Positions 54,681 to 64,000 of a stretch of 64,000 nt of DNA are shown piece by piece. The translations under genes were made by a program, and so were the position numbers. Below the pieces are notes generated by a model. The model was not told where the DNA came from, searched no databases, and was given only the letters and a program-made list of their open reading frames with translations. Origin of the DNA: Chrysomallon squamiferum (Eukaryota; Animalia; Mollusca). Each line of letters starts with the position of its first letter. Positions within the stretch are counted from its first letter, which is position 1. The DNA lies in assembly GCA_012295275.1 (NCBI GenBank), contig CM022677.1, positions 12,028,001 through 12,092,000 on the forward strand, read 5' to 3'.

Positions 54681-55386
54681 GTCTTCCACATTACCATCAT
54701 ACCTGCCTACACCTATCTGTCTATCTGAAACATAACTCTCTACATATATCTCCATATCAACCTACTGAACTACTGACATACCTACCTATCTGTCCCTCTC
54801 TGTGTCTGATATCTATTAGTTAGCTATCTACATATATCTGCATATGAACCTACTGAACTACTGACCTACCTGTCCCTCTCTGTGTCTGGTATCTATTAGT
54901 TAACTATCTACATGTATCTACATATCAACCTACTGAACTACTGACCTACCTACATATCTGTCCCTCTGTGTGTCTGCTGTCTGTTAGATAACTGTCTACA
55001 TATATCTACATATCAACCTACTGAAGTACTGACCTACATACCTATTTGTTTATCTATCCACATTATGACAGATCAATAACCATCCATCAATCATATATCT
55101 AATTCCCTGTCAAACTACCTACATACATAACTAACTATGTCTAGATAGCTACATTACAACCTATGTATTTTACTGTATGTCTACACTCTCAGCCTGGCAC
55201 ACAAACACACATGACAGAAAGAAGAAAACACAGAATAGATAGATAGGCATGTTTGTCTTTCTGCCTAAATTCATCTACATCTATAAATTTACTTGTTAAC
55301 TTCTACTTCTCTAACTGTCTATCAGTCTATCAATCTCTCTCTCTTTCTTTCTGTGTATTTTCCTGTTTATCTCTTTACCTGTTAAC
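54677..55386. repeat. Dispersed direct repeat, second copy at 61185-61623
   Basis: Shared ttcagtcttccacattaccatcatac..; ctacactctcagcctggcacacaaacacaca..acagaaagaagaaaacacagaata; ..tctctttacctgttaac. This copy has an internal ~80-90-bp unit amplified. Confidence 0.85.
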
Positions 55387-55489
55387 CTTTCATCAGACAT
55401 GCTGTTTTAAAATGTTAAATATCTCTTCTAGTTTATCTATGCCTACATAACTACACTGTTATACAAGAAGACAAGAAATATGTGCACTC

Positions 55490-55790
55490 TATTTTACAGA
55501 GTCAGTACACTCAAATCAAGGTCATCTTTAGCAAATACATCAGTTAAGTATTCTCTTTAATATCAGAGTATTTGTTAAGTATTCTTTCTAACTTTTTCTT
55601 CTGCTCATCAGTATAATCACAGGTTTGAGATATCAATCTGTTGAATTCTGTGTACTAACTGTAGTCTGCTCCATGCAAACCTCTTCTCCTTTTCAAGTCT
55701 TTCTAAATTTTACCTAAATGTCATTTAATGACTGAGGCTCTTCTACTTTTACCACTGAAGAAAGAACGCCCACCCTAGTTTCAACCAAAT
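55490..55790 (-). mobile_element. Degenerate Ty3/Gypsy pol fragment
   Basis: Minus strand DYTDEQKKKLERILNKYSD..DVFAKDDLDL resembles the segment preceding Gypsy reverse transcriptase (LLxKYxDVFAxxxxDLG); stops and frameshifts. Confidence 0.55.
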
Positions 55791-55928
55791 AGCTGTAGAA
55801 CCTAAGTTTACAGCACAAACCTAAAAGACTTGATAATCAAGTTCATGATCAAATTAAACAGTAGTTAGATTAATTCACAGTTTACAGTTTTGTTTTCGTC
55901 ACAGTCTGCTGAGTAACAAGAGGCTCAC

Positions 55929-57222
55929 CTGGTCTTTGAAACTGAAATCTGGGTGGCTTTCTAGAATCTTCCACATTATTCACGCTGAAAACCCCCAGAA
56001 ACCAAAGATCCCTGTAAAACCAGTGAACAAAAATTATTTAAATATATTCACATGAGCAAGTGATTGATTATCATCTTAAATTTTGTTATTAACATAACTA
56101 CTTATAAACAAACATGTTACTAAAGTTACAACAAAGCATTTGTCACTAATATTATTACTTTTATTTAAAAATTAAATTATAACAATATAGTATTATGAAC
56201 TAGCTATATCTCTAAACTTAATAACTTAACATGTTAATAATGAAGTATAATACTACAGTGTTATTAACTGTTTATACTATGTACTTAATAAATAATACAG
56301 AACAATCTATTGGGACACTTCTGTTAAGAATATTTTACAACAACAGTGGTTTAAGTAAATTTCAAACTACTGATACTGGTAATAAAATAGTCTTTATTTA
56401 AATGTTCAGAGTAATTCAAATGGTAAAACTGTTATAATTACATTACTCAGTAGTGTTTGCTGACACAGGAGTGTTGACATCGGCACCAGCGTCACACAAC
56501 AACAACACCATTGTGAAATCTTTTAGACATGTAGAAATATATGAGGGCATTGAGAATTCTAAAATAGTAAATATTATTTGAAAACAAATAAAAACATTAA
56601 TATATAGCTATATTTGTTTACTAATGGTAAAATGTTGAAGTGTGTGTGGATACTGAGAATTCTGCAATAGTAAATATTAGTTATTTTGTTCTTGATGTAA
56701 AATGATGTGATGGCAAGCTGACAACAGTACAGAGATCAGTATTTCTAAATTGTTAATAAAAAATATTTTTATCTTTACTTTTTTTTATTTTTTTTACCAA
56801 AATATACAGAAACATTGAGATATGTGCGCATTTCCAGATTTCTAAATAAAACGTAATTTAACAAAATGTTTTTTTATTGATATAGTGTCCAATGGACACT
56901 GATATTATAAAATACAGAATCATTAATTTAAACTATTACAAAGATTTAAACTTACGATGTTTAGCATGATTAATTAATCATATAACATTGTTTAATAATG
57001 TATAAAGTCTGAGATCAAAAAATAATTATTAAAATTACTATTATAATTTCATTTTAAACAATTATTTATGAAGAAATTATTTATTTTATTTGTATTTTAT
57101 TTTGATAATTAAACTACTATAACTTCACATTACCTTGTTGAATAAATTGATATTACATGTTAACCTCAATAGGGCCTCCTGCACTTTCTGATCACTGATC
57201 TCCAGAACACCATAAATCAATC
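55929..57222 (-). other. Two phase-compatible orphan exons (~57222-57164 and ~56012-55929), product unknown
   Basis: ctttcAG..GAG|GTTAAC and ttttacAG..CAG|GTGAGC boundaries; join reads LIYGVLEISDQKVQEALLRDLWFLGVFSVNNVEDSRKPPRFQFQRP. Confidence 0.35.
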
Positions 57223-57247
57223 CTGAAAGTAAGATTTAGAATAATAA

Positions 57248-57297
<50 letters not shown>

Positions 57298-57499
57298 ATA
57301 TCAAATCCTGACAGTAAAATGTGAAATTAAAATGATGGTACTAATAAACTGTGTATCTCATTGTGAAAAGTATCAAAGACTCAGTCTGTAAGGAATAAAT
57401 TCAGGAATTTTCACATTCCACCAACCTTCTACATTATACTAATTGTAGAAAAAAAAACATTCAGTCTTTTAAAATTACAATTTTTATTATGACGGCAAA

Positions 57500-58320
57500 G
57501 TTAATAAGTATAATATACTTTGAAACATGATGTGCAGACTAACAAAGTAACAATAGTAGTTAATAAAAAGAGATAAAGAATAATGAGAAGTACACAAATA
57601 ATATTAGGAACAGCATTAATACACATCACTGGTACAATGGAAATGATGGTGGCCTTAATAGAAACAGTAATAATATAATTTAATGTAGGAAACATACTCT
57701 AAGAAAATAATAATAGTTAATAGGAAGCACTAAAGAATAATGAGAAGTACACGAATAACATTAGAAACAATGCTGTTACAACAGCAAACAAAGCGACACA
57801 ACTTGAAATAATAATAATATATTTTAATATAAGATGTGCACACAGAAGGCAGAAGGCACAACAGAACAAATAAAAGTACACCTGTAACATCAAGCAGAAT
57901 GCTGATATGACGGAAATGATAGTGGCATTAATACAAAGAATAATAATATATTTTGAAACAGAATGCACACACGAAGAATAATTTAACAATAATAGTTAAT
58001 AAAAAGAGCTTTAGAATAATGAAAAGTATAACATTAGGGCCAATGCTGTTACAAAGCAAAGAAGGTAACATTAACAGAAATAATAATAATATATTAATAT
58101 GTGATGCACACTGTTAAAAAGTAAGAATAATAGTGAGTAAAAGGCAAAAAAAGAATAATCAGAAGTACTCTGTATGTAGTATATAAATGTTAAGAAGAAC
58201 AGAGATTCGATGGCAATGTTGACAGACATAAGAATAAGATATTTTAAATTAGGATGTGCACACTAAGAAAGTAACCAAAAAAAACACAAAAAAATTAAAT
58301 AATAGTACGAACAACACCGT
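57500..58320. repeat. Degenerate tandem repeat related to 15300-15930
   Basis: Recurrent cattaata..aataataatatatttt..atgtgcacactaagaaag..agaataatgagaagtacac blocks. Confidence 0.65.
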
Positions 58321-58945
58321 TTTAAAATTACCTTTTCATTGAACAGCATAACTGTAACAAGTTATTAAAAAAGGAACATCATCAAAGAAATCTAAATATT
58401 TACATAGTGGAGAAATTCCCTTTTAAGTCCAGGTAATACAATATAGCAATACTGACATAAGAAAACTATAAACTTCATTACTTTTTTATTATAGTGGATA
58501 AAAACTTGATAAAATATAAATTTTCCTTTGTTACTAATAAATCTAATATTATATCAATTTTCATTTTCATAAACAACAGAAATATAAATTAGCTCCTTTT
58601 TTCTTTTTATCTTTAGCACTGAAAGAATTGAATGAATTTTACATTTTTATTTATTTATTTATTTATTTATTGTCATATTTTTGTTTCAATCAACACAGCA
58701 CAAAATAAAACTTATTATAATTAACTAAAGCAGTAAGTTACATTTAAAAGTAAAAACAAATTATTTCTTTTTTTTTTACTATTTTTGTTTTCTGTTTTCT
58801 TTTTTCTTTCTTTCTTTCTTATTAATATTATATTTTTAAAATATTTTTTGGACAATAAACTCTATTTTCTTATGGAAAAAAGAAAAATTAAATTATTATT
58901 AAAAATCATTTTAAGTTTATATACTAAATTTTCACTAATTAGGAC

Positions 58946-58993
<48 letters not shown>

Positions 58994-61900
58994 ATTATTA
59001 TTGTCTTTTTCCAAAAAAACAAAAAATAAAAAAAAAAGAGTAAGTTTGTTAGTGACAGTAATAAAATAATAATATTTATTATTATTTAAAATCTGTTCTG
59101 AAATATATTAAATTTGAATTTTTACCAGCAGCACTAAAAATGAAAATGTATTAAAACGGTAAGTTTATAAAATATGTATAATGAATGTGAAAATTAACCC
59201 TGAACAGTCTGTATTTTTTCTTTTCAACAATGGAATATATCTATATATTCATTTAAAAAATCCACTATCATTCACAATAAACAGTGAAATCTTATGATGT
59301 AAAATGAACATTAAAAACAATAAAAATAGAATAAATTGATACATAGATATACAGAAATGTATCCTGATAAATAGAAAATGAGGGAGATTTGAAGGAAGGT
59401 TATGTAGACAGGTAAGCATGGAGATAGTTAGATGATTGATAGATGTTCACTGTAATCTGGATTGTTAAGTTGATGGATATATAAAACAAACATAGAAAAG
59501 ATAGGTAGTTATGTAGGTAGGTCACTAGCTGTTTCAGTTGATACATACATACATACATATATATATAGAGAGAGAGAGGATGGCTTATGGTGAGAGTGTA
59601 CTTTTGTAATGGGTTATAAATGGACAGACAAACAGAAAGATACATATGGATTTTGAAAGTTGTTATGCATGCAGGAGGCAAGTGAGACAGAGAGACTCAG
59701 AGGTAGAGAGAGTTTGATACAGATAAAAACTTAGACTGAAAGATTATTTGTAGACAGATAAACAGACTGATAGAAAGGAACAAAGATAAATATTCAAATG
59801 TGTCTGTCAGTCTATCTACCTATCTACCTATCTATCTATCAATCTGTCTATCTATCTATTTATCAATATATTTATTCATTTTTCTATTTATCCCATTTTC
59901 ATAAGCAACACTCTCTCTAAAAGACAAACAACAGACTCAGTCTTTCTTACAATATGCCTTCTTGCATCTATCTATCTTTCTAGTAATCTATCTCCTTTCT
60001 TCTGTCTATCAAGCTACCTTTCTTGTGCCCATTTTACATTTTACCATATATCCACACTGTTTTACACATACATATGTAATTACTTATCCTTTAATATATA
60101 CATATACCGATCACTTCCTAAACACACAAATACATTATCATTCCTATACACGTATCAGTATTAGTATGTGTGTGTACACACATACACACATTCTTTAATG
60201 CATGTCAATCAGTCTGTCTTTAATGCATGTCTATATGTCTATCAGTCTGTCTACAAACCAATATATTAAACTAGTGACATACCTACCTATTTACCTTCCT
60301 ATCAGTTTCTCTCTCTAGCTTATATGTCTATTTTTCAGTAACCATCTGTATAACTACAGACTACTTCAAACCTCCATATCTTTCTAAACATCTATCTATA
60401 TAATCTATCTAATATTCTCTCTGGATATCTTTCTATAAATCTATCAGTTCATCACTAACTCAATCTTAACACAAATCCAATCATCTATGTATCTCTGTCT
60501 GTCTGTGTGTGTTTATGTTCATATCCTCAAATCAACTGCCAACCGCTTTACCATCATACATGCTTACACCTATCTATCTATTTATCATTCTATAGCTAGA
60601 TATGAACCTACTGACCTGCCTGTCTCTTTAACTATCTGTATATCCATCCATCGAACTCTAAGTAAATGCGTCCCTATATATATATTCCTCTAACCATCAA
60701 TATTACAATCCATCATTAACCATCCATGAATCACCTATTCATCTCCCTAAATTATAACTACTTTTTTGTATCTATCTTTCTGTGTTACTGTCCATTTATA
60801 ACTCTCATTCCCAATTCCCATAGTTAGCAATCCTTATGAATCACACACACACACACACACACCCGCGCGCACTTTCTATGCATATACTTGCAGGTGTCAC
60901 CTATCTATATGTATCTCAAATGTTTATCTATGTACACAATTTCTTATTCTATCTACATAATCAACCTACCTAACAATTTATTATCAATAACATCTATCAG
61001 TCATTTAAACATCTTCTTGTTTACATACCTACATATCCAACTTCAAACCTCCCTATATTTATGTTTGTTTGAACACACATATATATATATACTCAATATA
61101 ATTCACTCGTCAAAAAAGACAAGCAACTTTTCCTTCTATGTACTATTCCCTGCTCCAACTTATGCATACATACACCTGTATACATTCAGTCTTCCACATT
61201 ACCATCATACTTGCCTACACCTATCTGTCTGTCTGCTACATAATTATCTACACATATCTTCATATCAACCTACTGAACTAATGACCTATTTGTTTATCTA
61301 TCCACATTACAACAGATCAATAACCATCCATTAATCATATATCTAATTCCCTGTCAAACTACCTACATACATAACTAACTATGCCTGCATTACAATCTGT
61401 ATGATTTATGTATACATCTGTATTCTACACTCTCAGCCTGGCACACAAACACACATAACAGAAAGAAGAAAACACAGAATAAATAGATAGGCATTGTCAT
61501 GTTCACCTATCTGCCTAAATTCATCTACATCTAACAATTTATTTGTAACTTCTAGTGATATAACTATCAGTATCTCCCTCTTTCTTTCTGTATATCTTCC
61601 TGTTTATCTCTTTACCTGTTAACAGCCCATCAGACAGTCAGTCTCATATCTCTGTCAATCATCTTTCCATTCCTTTAAATCACTTATGGTTAAGTGCTAA
61701 TATTCTTTATTAAGCTGGAACCTGCCTGTTGTCTATCTGTAAATATCATTGCTCCACATCTTTTCATTTCTTCTGCACTAATCTGTAATGTAGAACCACA
61801 CAGAGCTTTTGCAGTGTCCTTAGTCATTATAGAGGAAGTTGTTTTACTGCCTTCCTGATAAAACCAAGAATCATCCACTGTTAACTATCAATCAATCAAC

Positions 61901-63010
61901 ACTGAGGTATATTGTCAACAACTTCTCTGTCTGGAAACTGCTTTGGAAAGAAAAATCCATATTGGTCTATATCAGTAGATATCTCAACTGTTTGAAGTAA
62001 CCTTTATATTCTTCTCCATATTTTTATAACTGAAGCTGATTCCAGAATCATGACTTTCCTGTAGATACAATAATAAAATTTAATAGAAATAATAACTATT
62101 TTTCCATTGTGTCTAATACTGTAATGTTAGAAAGAAATTATTATAAATAAAGGTCATCTGTCTCTTATTGTAATATATTTTAATAAATAACAAATAATTT
62201 AAACAAAAATACAGATCGATGAAAAAGTATAACACATTTTACATTCTGGTCAACATTAAAAAAAAAAAAATTGTCTTTTATATCTAAATTCATAAAAATA
62301 AGTGAAAATATTTCTTTATGAAAGATTTTCTAATACTAAAGAAGAATGCACTGATCAGATCAGAATATGTTAAAGTTAAGCAATACAAACATAACAAGAA
62401 AAAAATAAATGTATAACATTAAATGACAGTGGAATACAGTCATAAAAAATAAACATTATCTGTGAATATCATTCAGTTCATCAGCTAGTTTATGTATATT
62501 ATTCTAACACAAAACAAAACTGCAGTGTTTAAAATGCTGAAGTGTTATCTTGAACTGAACTGAACTTTTATCTATAAGTATGTTTATTAAAGTCAACAGA
62601 TTTGAATCCTGAATGAGGAAGCTGATAAAATGTTTTTTTAAAATTGAACAAAATAATGGAGATACTGCAAGAGGAACACAGAAACTAATCAGCTCTGTGT
62701 CATCTCATATATAAAGTGTTGACTGGTAGGAAACAGAGTTGTAAGGATTTACACCTGCTTCTTCCTTAACAATGGCAATTTATAACAATTACCACCAACT
62801 TGATGTCTCTGCATTTGGAATGTACATTTTTCAGGAATATCGTGGAATTTTTATAAAAAAGAATCAAGAAATGAAGTACTGGTTTTGACAGGTTTTGTTT
62901 TATTTTAGTTATTATTATCGTTGTTGTTGTTGTGGTGGTGGTTGTTGTTACTGCTATTATTACTATTCATGTTGCTATTATATATTTTTAAATAATATAT
63001 CTAAAATGCT

Positions 63011-63210
63011 NNNNNNNNNNNNNNNNNNNNNNNNNNNNNNNNNNNNNNNNNNNNNNNNNNNNNNNNNNNNNNNNNNNNNNNNNNNNNNNNNNNNNNNNNN
63101 NNNNNNNNNNNNNNNNNNNNNNNNNNNNNNNNNNNNNNNNNNNNNNNNNNNNNNNNNNNNNNNNNNNNNNNNNNNNNNNNNNNNNNNNNNNNNNNNNNNN
63201 NNNNNNNNNN
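63011..63210. other. Assembly gap (200 N)
   Basis: Run of N. Confidence 1.
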
Positions 63211-63257
63211 CTGAAATAATGTACAGATGCTGAAATTAATACAGTCTTTACATTTTG

Positions 63258-64000
63258 TATTTTATATCTGTGTATTTTAGTATAAGTTAATTTTTGACAT
63301 CTGTGCATGTTAGTGTTGTATGCTAACTCTCCAGTAAGTCTCTATGTTAATTTTACTAATTAGTGTATGTGTGTTAATTTCAGTAAATCTTTATTTTAAT
63401 TAATTAGATTGTATATGTTAATTTCAATGCCAGCATATTAATTTCTGTAAGTCTGTGTTTATGTGTGTGCATGTGAGAGAGAGAGAGAGAGAGAGTCATT
63501 TTAATAAGTCTATGTTAATTTCAATAAGTCTGTATATTAATTTCAATACGTCAGTATATTAATTTTGCCATGTCTTGATTTTAATTTTATTAAGACTATA
63601 TTAATACAGAAGTGTGTTTTCTCTTTGTTTATTTTCAGTAAGTGTCTATTAATACAGAAGTGTATTTTCTCTGTGTTTATTTCCAGTAAGTGTGTATATT
63701 AATAGAGAAGTGTATTTTATCTGTGTATATTTTCAGTAAGTGTGTATATTAATAGAGAAGTGTATTTTATATGTGTTTATTTTCAGTAAGTGTGTATATT
63801 AATACAGAAGTGTGTTTTCTCTGTGTTTATTTTCAGTAAGTGTGTACATTAATACAGAAGTGTGTTTTCTCTGTTTATTTTCAGTAAGTGTGTATATTAA
63901 TAGAGAAGTGTGTTTTATCTTTGTTTATTTTCAGTAAATGTGTATATTAATACAGAAGTGTGTTTTCTCTGTGTGTATTTTCAGTAAGTGTGTATATTAA
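63258..64000 (+). repeat. Paralogous copy of MCC-like intron 10160-10980 including the 50-bp minisatellite (63598-64000)
   Basis: tattttatatctgtgtattttagt.taagttaatttttgacatctgtgcatgttagtgttgtatgctaactc shared, followed by the same 50-bp unit; diverged by substitutions and indels. Confidence 0.92.

Noticed and set aside
62895-63308. ORFs across the gap
   Set aside because: Artefacts of the N run.

Overview
AT-rich, intron-containing animal DNA rich in microsatellites; gene content and repeat style suggest a mollusc or other lophotrochozoan (inference). The window reads as a mosaic of duplicated, mostly broken genes. (1) A multi-exon MCC (colorectal mutant cancer protein)-like pseudogene on + (8.6-12.7 kb) has an internal deletion, a lost donor, a truncated exon and an in-frame TGA; a second copy of one of its introns starts after the N-gap at the window end. 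(2) One apparently intact two-coding-exon TRIM-like gene on - (558 aa: RING, coiled coil, NHL-like beta-propeller, no visible B-box). (3) It lies head-to-head, across a ~490-bp-arm inverted duplication with an ISRE-like motif in the loop, with a Mind bomb (MIB)-like pseudogene (2x Mib_herc2, Mib repeat, ankyrins). (4) A broken RI-type LRR gene. (5) The 3' part of a broken Ig-Ig-FN3-TM receptor with Tyr motifs, followed by the signal-peptide and first Ig exons of another IgSF gene. Also present are Tigger/pogo-like elements and MITEs, LINE and Gypsy fragments, a 67-bp satellite with higher-order structure, and several minisatellites built from splice sites. Protein family calls are from motif recognition by eye, not database searches. 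No tRNA, rRNA or CRISPR array could be supported.
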